Numbered from the stretch's first letter, positions 1 through 10,498 are shown. The stretch: 64,000 nucleotides of DNA from Candidatus Hydrogenedentota bacterium (GCA_963745075.1 CAVUWV010000010.1:352001-416000); one strand, 5' to 3'. Notes: generated by a model from the sequence alone, not told the origin. Program-made: numbers and translations.

Positions 1-130
1 TGCCTTCCGGCGACGCGCCCGCGGATTCCGCACCGCCTTCGCTCGACGACGTGGTAGCGGGTGCTTGCGCCTGCTGTCCACAACCGACAATCACCAAAAA
101 GGCTAACAGGCCAATCGCAACGCGTTTCAT
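1..130 (-). CDS. 5' part of a lipoprotein, probably the sugar ABC transporter substrate-binding protein (runs off the window)
   Basis: Manual translation MKRVAIGLLAFLVIVGCGQQAQAP... has a lipobox (IVGC) and lies directly downstream of a sugar ABC permease. Confidence 0.65.
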   Translation of the reverse strand, partial: MKRVAIGLLAFLVIVGCGQQAQAPATTSSSEGGAESAGASPEG

Positions 131-182
131 GTTCCAGATCTCCCTCGTCGGTTCATCGTTCTCATACTCGAGAAAGAAAACT

Positions 183-1121
183 TCACTCTTTCAATTTGCC
201 CGCGCGGCGTTTGCGCATGTTGTCGATGTACACCAGGATGATGATCAGTGCCCCGACGAAAATGCGCTGCCATTCGTCCGGCATGCCGTTTAACTGGCAC
301 ATATTCACGAGAATGCCGATGATCAGCGCGCCGATCAAGGCGCCGACCGCGCCGCCTTCCCCGCCCATCAGGCTGGCGCCACCGACCACGCACGCCGCAA
401 TCGCGTCGAGTTCCATGCCCTCCGCCATCGTGGGATCCGCAACGCCGGTCCGCGATGCCATCAGGATGCCGCCGAACCCGGCCAGCAGACCGCCCAAGGC
501 GAACGCGCCGATCCGCACGCGGTCCACGGCAATCCCCGATAAGCGCGCGCCGCTGAGATTGCCGCCGCTCGCGTAGATCTCCCGCCCAAACCGGGTATTC
601 ATGAGAAACACGGCAAACACCCCGACGATCAACACGGTGACCGTAAACGGCACGTACCACGATTCGGTGCCGCCCAAAAACCGAAACCCTTCCGGCAGAC
701 CGGAGATGCGGCTTCCTCCGGTTAGGAGATGAGCCCCGCCGCGTGCCGCCAGCATCATGCCCAGCGTCACAATGAACGACGGGATGCGGCCCTTCGTGGA
801 AAGAAACCCGTTCACTGCCCCGCAGCCCAGCCCCGCCAGCGCCCCCAGAAGAATCCCCATCGGAACGCTGAAGCTGTAGTCTTTGATGGCAAGTCCCGCG
901 ACCACCGCGCACATCGCCGCCACGCTGCCCACCGACAAGTCGATCCCCGCCGTGATAATCACCAGCGTTTCGCCGACCGCGACAATGCTTACCGCACTGG
1001 TGCGACGCAAGAGATTGGTCAGGTTCTCGGGCGAGACAAATCGGGGCGTAAAAAAGGCCAACCCGACACAGATCGCGGCCAGCCCAAAAATCAACGCGTT
1101 CCTCGAAATAAATTGCTTCAC
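183..1121 (-). CDS. Ribose/xylose-type sugar ABC transporter permease (RbsC family)
   Basis: Multi-TM protein with GIDLSVG, IPSFIVTLG and ELDAIAACVVGGASLMGGEG motifs. Confidence 0.92.
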   Translation of the reverse strand: MKQFISRNALIFGLAAICVGLAFFTPRFVSPENLTNLLRRTSAVSIVAVGETLVIITAGIDLSVGSVAAMCAVVAGLAIKDYSFSVPMGILLGALAGLGCGAVNGFLSTKGRIPSFIVTLGMMLAARGGAHLLTGGSRISGLPEGFRFLGGTESWYVPFTVTVLIVGVFAVFLMNTRFGREIYASGGNLSGARLSGIAVDRVRIGAFALGGLLAGFGGILMASRTGVADPTMAEGMELDAIAACVVGGASLMGGEGGAVGALIGALIIGILVNMCQLNGMPDEWQRIFVGALIIILVYIDNMRKRRAGKLKE

Positions 1122-1136
1122 GCCTCCGCCTTGATC

Positions 1137-2165
1137 CTACGCCATCGGCAGGGCAACCGGTTTGCCCTCTTTGCCCGACAGGTCCGCGGCGAAGCAGGCC
1201 TCATGCGTCAGGTACGAATCCGCGACGCTCGTGTGCGATTCCTTGTTCTCGTGAATGCACTCGACCAGATGCGCCACCTCGTGGGTGAACGGATGGTGCG
1301 TCACGTCGCCGCTGTCCGGAAGAATCGTCGGTATCGTGGCCCACCCCGTCTGCCCGGGCATGGTCGCTTTCGAGTACAACTGGTTGTTCTTGATCGTCCC
1401 GAGCGTGCCCACGAGATTGATGTTGAACACGTAGGGCTGAATGCACTCGATGCACGAGGCCACCTTGCCGATGCGGCCATCTTTGAACTTCACCACGGTG
1501 CAGGTCGTGGCGTCATATTCGTACTCTTTGAAATCGGGACCCTTGCCCGACGTGGCGTACTGAAACACCTCGGCGATCTCGCCGCCCATGAAGAAGCGCA
1601 ACGCGTCCATGGCATGGCAACCCGCCGACAAAAGCGAGCTCACACCCACGTCTTTCTTCACGTTCCAGGCGTATTGCTTGTACCAGGGTCCGATGCCGTG
1701 GAAGTAGTCCACTTCGCCCAGGATCAGATCGCCGATGCTCTTGTTGGCAAGCTGCTTCATGATGATGTCGAAGAGGGGATTCCAGCGCAGAACGAAACTC
1801 ACCACCGTCTTCACCTTGGCCTTCGCCACCGCGTCGCGGATCGCACGCGAGTCTTCCAGCGTCGTCGCCATGGCCTTCTCGAGGAGCAGATGCTTGCCGG
1901 CTTCGGCTGCGCCCACCGCCTCGTCCCGGTGTACGTCGGGCGGTGTGGCAATCGCGATGATATCGACCCCTTTTTGATCGAGCATCTTGCCGTAATCCGT
2001 AAAGATGTCGCATTTGATGCCGCACTCGGCGGCTTTGGCCTTCGCGCCATGTTCGGTCCGCGAACACAATGCCACCACCTTGGTGTCGGGGTTCTCGTTA
2101 AAGGCACGAATATGTTCACCCGCCACCCATCCGGTGCCGACGATTCCCACTCCCAATTCAGCCAT
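1137..2165 (-). CDS. Gfo/Idh/MocA family oxidoreductase
   Basis: N-terminal VGIVGTGWV Rossmann motif and GKHLLLEKAM. Confidence 0.9.
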   Translation of the reverse strand: MAELGVGIVGTGWVAGEHIRAFNENPDTKVVALCSRTEHGAKAKAAECGIKCDIFTDYGKMLDQKGVDIIAIATPPDVHRDEAVGAAEAGKHLLLEKAMATTLEDSRAIRDAVAKAKVKTVVSFVLRWNPLFDIIMKQLANKSIGDLILGEVDYFHGIGPWYKQYAWNVKKDVGVSSLLSAGCHAMDALRFFMGGEIAEVFQYATSGKGPDFKEYEYDATTCTVVKFKDGRIGKVASCIECIQPYVFNINLVGTLGTIKNNQLYSKATMPGQTGWATIPTILPDSGDVTHHPFTHEVAHLVECIHENKESHTSVADSYLTHEACFAADLSGKEGKPVALPMA

Positions 2166-2246
2166 GTCGTTCGTCCTCCCGTCCGTTGCGTGCATCGCGT
2201 TGAGGAAGCGTTAAACCCGCTAACGCGGTGTGACGCGTGTCGTAAC

Positions 2247-2412
2247 AAATCCGAAATCCGAATTTCGAAATCCGAAACAAATTCAAAATTCGAATGACCA
2301 AACGTCAGAAACGGATAACCTTTCGTGGTTCTGCGAACCTCACGGCGTTTCGGAAATTTGAATTTTGGTCATTGGTATTTGTTTCGAATTTCGTGCTTCG
2401 GATTTCGGATTT
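2247..2412. repeat. About 165-bp imperfect inverted repeat built from AAATCCG/AAATTCG heptamers
   Basis: Left arm AAATCCGAAATCCGAATTTCGAAATCCGAAACAAATTC pairs with right arm ...TTTGTTTCGAATTTCGTGCTTCGGATTTCGGATTT. Confidence 0.85.
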
Positions 2413-2424
2413 AGCGCGTAGCGC

Positions 2425-3843
2425 TCATCCTTGGTGCCAGTACACGTCCCAGCCCATATACAATTCCAGGGCCTCATACACGGCCCGCGCCACCTGACTG
2501 TGGTTCGCGGCGACGTGGTGTTCAAAGCCGTTATGACAAATGTACTGAAGCAGACCCTGAAGGTTCGGCACCTCCGCCACGCCAAAGCCGCCGAAGGTGT
2601 CGACGGGATCGTCCGTGAACCGGCCCTCGCCCACGTACACCGCAATGCGCCCTTCGGTGTCGAAGGTGCTCGCCCGGCAAAACGTCATGGGCTGCGCCTT
2701 GATGCGCCCGTAGATCGTTCCGTACGTGTTCGCCTTGCCCACGGCGCCCGCGATGATCTCCTGGTACTCCATCTTCGTTTCCGCAAAACAACTCTTCGGC
2801 AGGTTCGAACAATGGAAGCACACGCACTTGTCGGCCTCGTTGCCGTAGTTGTTGTTCCAATCCAGCAGGAAACTCGGCGAACCCGAGGCCAGCGCCAGCG
2901 CGTGCATGCTGACCGTCCCCGCCACATCCGTCTCGCACGCCGACGACGACAACTGGTCGCTCAGCATGCTCATCACCGTGCACGGCACGACCCCGAAAAA
3001 CTCCTCCATGCTCGTCCAGCATTGGATGGCCGTCGCGTCGAGATCGTAGTCCTTCATCCAATCGTTGATCACCGTCGCCAGCTTGGCCATCTTCAGCAAA
3101 GCCTGATCGGGGACGCCCTTCGTGTTCGTATAGCCCTTGATCGCCTGCAGCCGCTTCTTCAGACCGGCATCGCTGTCTTTCATCCGCGCGGCCCGTCCAA
3201 AGACTTCCGACAAATCCAGCGTCTCCACCGTGATACCGGAATCCTGCAACAGCTTCTCGCTGTACCGCACCGTATTGAACGCGGCCGGCCGTGCGCCGAC
3301 CGCGCCGATGCGGCACGAGCGCAACCCCTTCACCACCCGGCAGACGGCGGCGAAGTTGTGAACTTCATCCGCGAACTCGTCCGTGGCTGGGTCCATGGTG
3401 TGCCGCCGCGTGAGTGAAAACGGGATGCCATACTGCCGCAGGTTATTGCAGACACTCATCTTCCCGCAGAACGAGTCGCGCCGGTGCTTGATCGTCATCT
3501 TTTTGGCATCGTCCTGCCACGCATGAATCAACACGGGCACGTCCAGCCCGGCCAACTTCAGCGTGTCGGCCACGCCCCGTTCATCACCGAAGTTGGGCAG
3601 GGTCACGATGACGCCGTCGATCGTTTCCCGGTTCTTCTTGAACAGATCCGCGCACTTCTTGGCGTCGTTCCAAGTCTCCACCGATCCGAACTTGGTGTCA
3701 CCGGGTTTCAGGACGACCACGGAATACCCCAGCTTTTTCAACAGTTTCGTCATGTGCTCGTAGCCGTCGCGGGCGAGCACGTCGGGGAAAAAGCCGCGAT
3801 TTCCAACGATCAGGCCGAAAGTGGTTTTAGCTGTAGCAGGCAT
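2425..3843 (-). CDS. L-fucose/L-arabinose isomerase family protein
   Basis: RRDSFCGKMSVCNNL, AIQCWT, ACETDV, FHCSNLP and GFEHHVA motifs. Confidence 0.88.
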   Translation of the reverse strand: MPATAKTTFGLIVGNRGFFPDVLARDGYEHMTKLLKKLGYSVVVLKPGDTKFGSVETWNDAKKCADLFKKNRETIDGVIVTLPNFGDERGVADTLKLAGLDVPVLIHAWQDDAKKMTIKHRRDSFCGKMSVCNNLRQYGIPFSLTRRHTMDPATDEFADEVHNFAAVCRVVKGLRSCRIGAVGARPAAFNTVRYSEKLLQDSGITVETLDLSEVFGRAARMKDSDAGLKKRLQAIKGYTNTKGVPDQALLKMAKLATVINDWMKDYDLDATAIQCWTSMEEFFGVVPCTVMSMLSDQLSSSACETDVAGTVSMHALALASGSPSFLLDWNNNYGNEADKCVCFHCSNLPKSCFAETKMEYQEIIAGAVGKANTYGTIYGRIKAQPMTFCRASTFDTEGRIAVYVGEGRFTDDPVDTFGGFGVAEVPNLQGLLQYICHNGFEHHVAANHSQVARAVYEALELYMGWDVYWHQG

Positions 3844-4220
3844 AGTCCGACTCTCCTTCTTTCCGCAGTACACCGTGCGCCCGGATCGGCGCAGCCGCAA
3901 GGCATTGTAACGAGCGATGATGGGGGCCGCAAGCTTTCCTGCGTCTCCGAATTGCCTGGCTTGCGTAGATGTCATATGATAGGGGCGTTCTTGGGCTGCG
4001 GATGGACCGGCCGGCATTTCCCCCGCCGGTATTGTCCCGCCGGCTATCAGCCCCGATGAACGGCTCCTATCGTGTGGGTAGGATGATTGGGGGAACGTTT
4101 TGAACCCATTCGGGGATTGGACAACCAGGTAGCGGGGGTTACAATGGACGCGTGCTCGACGAATGGCCGGATTGCCCGTTTTGACGTCGCCGCTTCGTCG
4201 ATGGGAAGGGGAAACGCGCG

Positions 4221-6584
4221 ATGAAACATTCCCCGGCGCGCAGAACGGTTGTCTCTACTCCCGCAAAAGTCCTCATCGCCATCGGAGCCGTTGTTTTCGG
4301 GCTCTCCTTCTACCCCAACATCGTATTGGGCAACAACTTCGACGGCGACTTCCTGGAATTGGTGGGAACCGCGGCCCTGATCGTCGGCGCCAATTTCGTC
4401 GTGCTCAAACTGACGCAACGGCCGGGGATCACCCGTTTCTTCATCACCGGATCGGTATTGCTGATCTTCGCCCGCTTCCTGGACTTCTCGGAGGAATTTC
4501 CCGGACTCGCCGACCTGCCGGTTCTCGGCGGGCAAGGCCTCGGCCACGAACTTGCCGAGCGCGCCAGCGAGGGCTTCGGCTACACCTGCCTGCTCATCAC
4601 CATGCTCTTCGTTATGTACGAGTTGGCCCGCCTTAACGAAAACGCCGAAGCCGAAAAACTCCGGTTCAAACAACTCTTCGAGGAAAGCCAGTACCTCGCC
4701 CGCCTTATCGAACTGTCTACCGACGCCGTATTCGCGGTCAACGGCGAAGGCCGAATCCAGGTGTGGAATGCCGGCGCGCAACGCTATTTCGGCTACTCGA
4801 GCGACGACGCAAAGAAACGGACCTACCGCGACGTCCTGGTCGGCGGCATCGAAGACGCCGGAGAGAATCTGGTCCAGTTCGTCGAACAGAAAGGACCGCA
4901 GGAAGAAGTCGAGGTCATGGCCAAGCGCGACGACGGAAGCCACTTCGCGGCCGGCGCCAGTTTCGCTCCCGTGACGAACGAGCAAGGGGGGGTCGTCGGC
5001 GCCTGTATCATCGTGCGCAGTATCGAAAAACGCAAGCGGGTCGAACAGGAACTGCTTGCCTCGCGCAATCTCCTGTCCCGGGCCTTGCAATCCGCCGACG
5101 TGGGCCTCTTTATCGTCGGTCGCGACGGCGAACTGCTCGAATTCAACGCGCGCATGCAGGTCATCACCGGCCTGTCCGACGAAGAACTCCAACACATGAC
5201 CCTCGCAACCGCCATGCAGAAGATCCTGCTCAATGCCGACACCGTCTTGTCCGGCGTGCAGGATCGCGTGCTCCAACAAGGCAAACACGCCGAATTCCGT
5301 AACATCGTCGTCCACCGCGGAGACGGCGAAACGCGCGTGTGCAACGGCGCCGTCGCCCCCGTCTCGGACGAGACCGGCGCGGTCGTCGCCGCGGCCGGTG
5401 TCGTCGTGGACGTGACGGATCGCGAAGCCCTCCAGGCCAAATTGCTCGAAGTGCAGAAAATGGACAGCATCAGCCGTCTTGCCGGCGGCATCGCTCACGA
5501 CTTCAACAACATCATGGCCGGCGTGTTGGGCTACGCGACGCTCGTGCGCGAAGAACTCGGTGCGGATTCCCCCCACTACCGTCGCATGGTGGCCATCGAG
5601 GATTCCGCTTTGCGCGCGTCAGAACTCACCAATCAACTGCTGACCTTTGCCCAGGCCGGCGCACGCAATATGGAAACCATTTCGCTTAACACCATCGTCG
5701 GCGAAACGGTTAACCTCCTCTCGCACACCCTCGATCCGAACGTGCACCTTACGTTTGACGCGACCCCCAACCTCGATCTGGTGGAAGCCGACCGGACCCA
5801 GATCCATCAAATCGTCATGAACCTCTGCCTTAACTCCCGCGACGCCATGGTGGACGGGGCCGGCGACATCCGGCTTTCCACCGCAAACGTCACCGTGGAC
5901 GACGCCCTGGCCGAAGCGGTGCATCTTCCGACGCGCGGGGATTTCGTGCGGCTCACCGTCGAAGACACCGGATGCGGCATGCCGCCGGAAGTCGCGCAGC
6001 GCATGTTCGATCCCTTCTTCTCGACAAAACAGCAGGGCCGGGCTATCGGCATGGGCCTCTCCGTCGTATACGGGATCATCCAAAGCCACGGCGGCGGTCT
6101 TCGCGTCGAGTCGGAAGAAGGGAAAGGCACTCGCATCGAAGTCTACCTGCCATCTGTGGGTGAGCAGGCCCGGGCCGAGACCGCCTCCTCCCCGGTGGAA
6201 CGCAAGGTCGAGAAACGCGACGGCCTCATCCTCGTGGTCGACGACGAGAAACTCTTGCGCACCCTGCTTCAGGATATCCTCGGGATGGCGGGCTACGACG
6301 TCATCGAGGCCAGCACCGGCGAAGAAGCGCTCGAGATTTACGAGCAACGCAAAGACGAGATCACGGTCATCATCCTGGACATCGTCATGCCCGGCATGGG
6401 CGGCGCAAAGACCCTCGAACTCCTCACCCAGATCGATCCCGACATCCGCTGCATCGTTTCCAGCGGCTACGGCAGCGAAGCCCTCGACGCCAGCCTGCTC
6501 AACCGCGAAAACATCCGTTTCCTGGCGAAACCGTTCCAATCCACCGTCGTCATGGATACCGTCCGCGAACTCATGGCCAACTAG
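4221..6584 (+). CDS. Membrane-bound PAS-PAS hybrid sensor histidine kinase with receiver domain
   Basis: N-terminal TMs, two PAS domains, AGGIAHDFNN H-box, N/G boxes, C-terminal REC (VVDDE...LDIVMP). Confidence 0.93.
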   Translation: MKHSPARRTVVSTPAKVLIAIGAVVFGLSFYPNIVLGNNFDGDFLELVGTAALIVGANFVVLKLTQRPGITRFFITGSVLLIFARFLDFSEEFPGLADLPVLGGQGLGHELAERASEGFGYTCLLITMLFVMYELARLNENAEAEKLRFKQLFEESQYLARLIELSTDAVFAVNGEGRIQVWNAGAQRYFGYSSDDAKKRTYRDVLVGGIEDAGENLVQFVEQKGPQEEVEVMAKRDDGSHFAAGASFAPVTNEQGGVVGACIIVRSIEKRKRVEQELLASRNLLSRALQSADVGLFIVGRDGELLEFNARMQVITGLSDEELQHMTLATAMQKILLNADTVLSGVQDRVLQQGKHAEFRNIVVHRGDGETRVCNGAVAPVSDETGAVVAAAGVVVDVTDREALQAKLLEVQKMDSISRLAGGIAHDFNNIMAGVLGYATLVREELGADSPHYRRMVAIEDSALRASELTNQLLTFAQAGARNMETISLNTIVGETVNLLSHTLDPNVHLTFDATPNLDLVEADRTQIHQIVMNLCLNSRDAMVDGAGDIRLSTANVTVDDALAEAVHLPTRGDFVRLTVEDTGCGMPPEVAQRMFDPFFSTKQQGRAIGMGLSVVYGIIQSHGGGLRVESEEGKGTRIEVYLPSVGEQARAETASSPVERKVEKRDGLILVVDDEKLLRTLLQDILGMAGYDVIEASTGEEALEIYEQRKDEITVIILDIVMPGMGGAKTLELLTQIDPDIRCIVSSGYGSEALDASLLNRENIRFLAKPFQSTVVMDTVRELMAN

Positions 6585-6636
6585 CGGCTGAAGTCCAGTG
6601 GCGCACGCGCCTCGCTATCGGCCAATACCGAATGTC

Positions 6637-6669
6637 GGATCGGACGGATGGGTCCGATCCGTCCGATCC
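6637..6669. repeat. GGATCGGACGGAT/ATCCGTCCGATCC hairpin (CCGATCCGT repeat family)
   Basis: Perfect 13-bp stem downstream of the kinase; related units near 14480, 17840 and 19170. Confidence 0.7.
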
Positions 6670-6832
6670 TCGGGAAACTAGGTACACGCCCCGTCACCGC
6701 ATCTCCCTCCCCAGCCCCCCAGCCTCCATGTAGCACAGCCCTGCCTCATGAATCGCCCAGTCATTGAGCCTCGCGCGTGGGTATGGCAGAATCGATGCTC
6801 ACGCACTGAGTCCACGTAGATCCGGAGTCGCC

Positions 6833-7861
6833 ATGCAGGCAACCATCGACTCAACCGAATCCCTCGACGAACTCCTCAGCCGTCCGGACGAGGCGCTCGT
6901 TGACTTCTTCCGCACGCTGAGCGGCAACATCGTCATCCTCGGCGTCGGCGGCAAGATGGGGCCTACCCTGGCGCGTATGGCCGCCCGCGCGACGGAATCT
7001 TCCGGCGCCTCCCGGCGAATTACCGGTGTCTCGACCTTCTCACAAGCCGGTCTTCGCGAAACGCTGCAATTCTCCGGCGTTGAAACTCATCGCGCCGATC
7101 TCCTCGCGCCCGGCGCCGTCGCCGATCTCCCCGACGCCGAAAACGTGATCTATATGGTCGGCCGGAAATTCGGCTCCACCGGCGCCGAGTGGAATACGTG
7201 GGCGACCAACGTGTTGGCGGCCGCCCGCGTGGCCGAACGGTATTCGTCGTCGCGCATCGTCGCTTTCTCCTCAGGCAACGTCTATCCCTTCGTGCCCGTG
7301 GATTCCGGCGGCGCGACGGAAGCGACACGCCCCGATCCCGTCGGCGAATATGCCATGTCCTGCCTCGGGCGTGAACGCATGTTCGACTACTTCTCCAACG
7401 AACGCGGCGCGCGCGTCGCGCAGTACCGTCTCAATTACGCGGTCGAATTCCGGTACGGCATCGTACTCGACGTGGCCGCACGCATTCTCAACGGGGACTC
7501 CGTTGATGTGACCACCGGCTACGTCAACGTCGTCTGGCAACGCTACGCCAATTCCGTCGCGTTGCGTTGTCTCGAACGCGCCGCGTCACCACCCGCCGTA
7601 TTGAACGTGACCGGACCCGAAACGGTGTCCATTCGCGAACTCGCGACCCGCCTCGGCAACCGTATGGATCGTTCGGTGACGTTCACCGGTGAGGAGGCGC
7701 CCACCGCGCTGCTCAGCAATGCCGCGCGGTGCCACGATCTCTTCGGTCCGCCCGATGTGGATGTGAACACGATCGCAGATTGGGTCGCGGACTGGCTCAC
7801 GCGCGGCGGGGCTACGCTCGGAAAGCCCACCCACTTCGAAACACGCGACGGGAAGTTCTAG
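6833..7861 (+). CDS. NAD-dependent epimerase/dehydratase family protein
   Basis: ILGVGGKMG Rossmann motif, GRKFG, FSSGNVYP; GGAG RBS before the ATG at 6833. Confidence 0.85.
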   Translation: MQATIDSTESLDELLSRPDEALVDFFRTLSGNIVILGVGGKMGPTLARMAARATESSGASRRITGVSTFSQAGLRETLQFSGVETHRADLLAPGAVADLPDAENVIYMVGRKFGSTGAEWNTWATNVLAAARVAERYSSSRIVAFSSGNVYPFVPVDSGGATEATRPDPVGEYAMSCLGRERMFDYFSNERGARVAQYRLNYAVEFRYGIVLDVAARILNGDSVDVTTGYVNVVWQRYANSVALRCLERAASPPAVLNVTGPETVSIRELATRLGNRMDRSVTFTGEEAPTALLSNAARCHDLFGPPDVDVNTIADWVADWLTRGGATLGKPTHFETRDGKF

Positions 7862-7863
7862 CC

Positions 7864-8940
7864 ATGGCGAAATACCCGAAACTTTCACCGGCTGTTGCAC
7901 GGCGCATCCGCTCCGGATTGGTCATCCCGGCCCATCCGCTGGCGCTCACGCGCGCGGGCAGATTCGACGAACGTCACCAGCGCGCCCTCACGCGATACTA
8001 CTGCCACGCCGGCTCGGGCGGCATCGCCGTCGGCGTCCACACCACTCAATTCGCCATACGCGATCGCAACGTGGACCTTTTCAAACCCATTCTGCAACTC
8101 GCCGCCGAAACCGTCGACGAGTACGTGGCGAAAACCCGTCGGCCTGTCGTCAAGGTCGGCGGCATCTGCGGGAAGACGCGACAGGCCGTTCGGGAAGCGG
8201 CGTTTCTGCGCGAAACCGGTTACGACGCTGGTCTGCTCAGTCTTGCGGCGTTGTCGAAATCGACAGTCCCGAAATTGGTCAAACACTGCCAAACTGTCGC
8301 GCGCCAGATACCCATCATGGGTTTTTATCTGCAACCCGCAGTCGGCGGCCGCGTCCTGCCGGTCGAGTTCTGGCGGCACTTTGCCGAGATCGAAAACGTC
8401 ATCGCCATCAAGATGGCTCCCTTCAACCGCTACCAGACCCTCGTCGTGGTGCGTGCCGTCGCCGAATGCGGGCGCGCCTCCGACATCGCGCTGTACACCG
8501 GCAACGACGACAACATCGTCGTCGATCTGTTGACGACCTATCGCATCGCCATCGGCAAGAAGCGGGTTTCGCTTCGGATCGTGGGCGGGCTGCTCGGCCA
8601 TTGGGCTTGCTGGACACGCAAGGCCGTCGAACTGCTCGACGAATGTCACCGCGTCGTCAAAAAGGGCGGCGACGTCCCGGCGTCGTTGCTCACGCGTGCC
8701 ATCGAAGTTACCGACAGCAACGCGGCCTTCTTCGACGTGGCCAACGCGTTTCACGGCTGCATCGCGGGCATTCACGAGGTCTTGATGCGGCAAGGGCTCC
8801 TCGCGAGCCGCCGTTGCCTCGATCCCAGAGAAGGACTGTCCCGCGGCCAACGCGAAGAAATCGATCGCGTCTACGGCGCTTATCCCCATCTCAACGACGA
8901 CGCCTTCGTCGCCGAACATCTGGATAACTGGTTGGATTAA
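7864..8940 (+). CDS. Dihydrodipicolinate synthase family aldolase/lyase
   Basis: GVHTTQF, FYLQPAVGG, AIKMAPFNRY (Schiff-base Lys) and LYTGNDD. Confidence 0.85.
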   Translation: MAKYPKLSPAVARRIRSGLVIPAHPLALTRAGRFDERHQRALTRYYCHAGSGGIAVGVHTTQFAIRDRNVDLFKPILQLAAETVDEYVAKTRRPVVKVGGICGKTRQAVREAAFLRETGYDAGLLSLAALSKSTVPKLVKHCQTVARQIPIMGFYLQPAVGGRVLPVEFWRHFAEIENVIAIKMAPFNRYQTLVVVRAVAECGRASDIALYTGNDDNIVVDLLTTYRIAIGKKRVSLRIVGGLLGHWACWTRKAVELLDECHRVVKKGGDVPASLLTRAIEVTDSNAAFFDVANAFHGCIAGIHEVLMRQGLLASRRCLDPREGLSRGQREEIDRVYGAYPHLNDDAFVAEHLDNWLD

Positions 8941-8963
8941 CGAGACCGAATGGGAGAAGCCTT

Positions 8964-9758
8964 GTGCGTTTTGCATTCCTCACCGACGAATTGAGCCAGG
9001 AACCGCGGGAAGCAATTGAAATCGCCCTCGAATGGGGCGTCCGCGACTTCGAGATTCGCAATATCCGGGGGAAGCGCTTCCCGCGCGTGCCCCTCCCGGT
9101 GCTGGACGAACTCGTCGATCTCCAGGACGAATTCGATGTCCAATACACCGCCGTCTCGCCCGGCTTCTTCAAGACCCGGATCGACGACGAACCGCACCTC
9201 GCCTACGCCACCGGCGACGGTCTCCGCATCGCCATGGATTTCATGGACGCCTGCGGTATTCCGCTCGTGATATGTTTCGGATTCGAGGCGACGCCCGGCA
9301 CGGACAAAGAAGCCGTCGCGCGCCTGGGCGCCTTCGCCGATCGGATCGCCGACCGGGGCTTCCACGCCGCGGTCGAGAATGAAACCCACTGCAAGTTCAA
9401 CACGCCCGATCGCATCGCGTCCTTGCTGCAGCAATGCGATCGCATCAACCTCGGCGCCAACTGGGATCTCGCCAATCTCAAACAAACCGCGAAGCAGGGT
9501 TTTCCCGACGGCTACGAAACGGTCAAACCGTACATCCGCAACGTCCACGCGAAAGACGTTGTCGTCCTCTCCAACGGAACCACCGAATGGCGGCCCATTG
9601 GCGAAGGCGAATGCGACTGGGCCGGCCAGATGCGCGCCCTCATCCAGGACGAACTCGTCGAACACGTCACCATCGAAAACCACTGCGGCCCGCCCAAGAA
9701 AGTCGGTCACCACAATCTCCAAATCCTCAAACGCTATGTCGAAAGTATGGAAGGATAA
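8964..9758 (+). CDS. Sugar phosphate isomerase/epimerase (xylose isomerase-like TIM barrel)
   Basis: FLTDEL, VENE, NWDLAN, VHAKD, IGEG and TIENH metal-binding pattern. Confidence 0.85.
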   Translation: MRFAFLTDELSQEPREAIEIALEWGVRDFEIRNIRGKRFPRVPLPVLDELVDLQDEFDVQYTAVSPGFFKTRIDDEPHLAYATGDGLRIAMDFMDACGIPLVICFGFEATPGTDKEAVARLGAFADRIADRGFHAAVENETHCKFNTPDRIASLLQQCDRINLGANWDLANLKQTAKQGFPDGYETVKPYIRNVHAKDVVVLSNGTTEWRPIGEGECDWAGQMRALIQDELVEHVTIENHCGPPKKVGHHNLQILKRYVESMEG

Positions 9759-9842
9759 CGGGTGAGAGCAGTATCGCGCGGTGCACGAGATCCATTGGTA
9801 GACGCTCGCGAAGCGAGCCGCCGAAGTCTTTTGGAAGGGCGT

Positions 9843-9882
9843 CCAGGGGGGAACCTTTTCCTCAGAAACGGTTCCCCCCTGG
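9843..9882. repeat. REP-like hairpin CCAGGGGGGAACC...GGTTCCCCCCTGG followed by a T-run (possible terminator)
   Basis: 13-bp stem followed by TTTTTT. Confidence 0.6.
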
Positions 9883-9895
9883 TTTTTTCACGCAA

Positions 9896-10444
9896 ATGAT
9901 TCGCGTCATCGCAGGCTCGGCGCGGGGGATCCGGCTCCAAACCGCCGAAGGCCGGCGCGTACGCCCGACACTCGACCGCGTCCGCGAAGCCTGCTTCAGT
10001 ATCCTCACGCCCCGGCTTGAAGGAGCGCGTTTCGCCGATCTCTTTGCCGGCAGTGGCGCCAACGGTATCGAAGCCCTCAGCCGTGGCGCAGCATATTGTG
10101 CCTTCGTCGACAACGACCGCCGCTCCCTCGACCTTGTGGAACAAAACCTCGATAAGACCCGCCTCGATGCCAAGGGTACGTGCCACCGCTTCGCCCTGCC
10201 ACAAGGGATGGCACAACTACGGACCCGGAAATCCCCCTTCGACCTGGTTTACGCCGATCCCCCCTTCGACTTCACGGCCTACGACCAGCTCCTTTCGGGC
10301 CTCGCAGCCGAGAATCTCCTCGCACCGCAAGGTCTTGTCATTATTGAACATGCAACCGACGCAACCGTTCCGGAAACGGTCGATCCCCTGACCCGCACCC
10401 GCCAGGCAACCTACGGAAACGTGACCCTCTCCTTTTTCTCTTGA
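9896..10444 (+). CDS. rsmD: 16S rRNA (guanine966-N2)-methyltransferase
   Basis: RVIAGSARG, RPTLDRVREA, DLFAGSG, EALSRGA and ADPPF. Confidence 0.93.
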   Translation: MIRVIAGSARGIRLQTAEGRRVRPTLDRVREACFSILTPRLEGARFADLFAGSGANGIEALSRGAAYCAFVDNDRRSLDLVEQNLDKTRLDAKGTCHRFALPQGMAQLRTRKSPFDLVYADPPFDFTAYDQLLSGLAAENLLAPQGLVIIEHATDATVPETVDPLTRTRQATYGNVTLSFFS

Positions 10445-10498
10445 CGCATTATGTTGTATGTGTTAAATTGCTCTTGACACAATATATAGGTGTGTCAA
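10444..10498 (+). promoter_or_regulatory. Tandem NrdR-box-like operators upstream of nrdR
   Basis: ACGCATTATGTTGTAT (10444-10459) and ACACAATATATAGGTG (10477-10492) resemble acaCwAtATaTwGtgt; starts are 33 bp apart. Confidence 0.65.

Noticed and set aside
729..5576. Long antisense ORFs (e.g. 729-2297 +, 4047-5576 -)
   Set aside because: Shadow ORFs of well-supported genes on the opposite strand, expected at high GC
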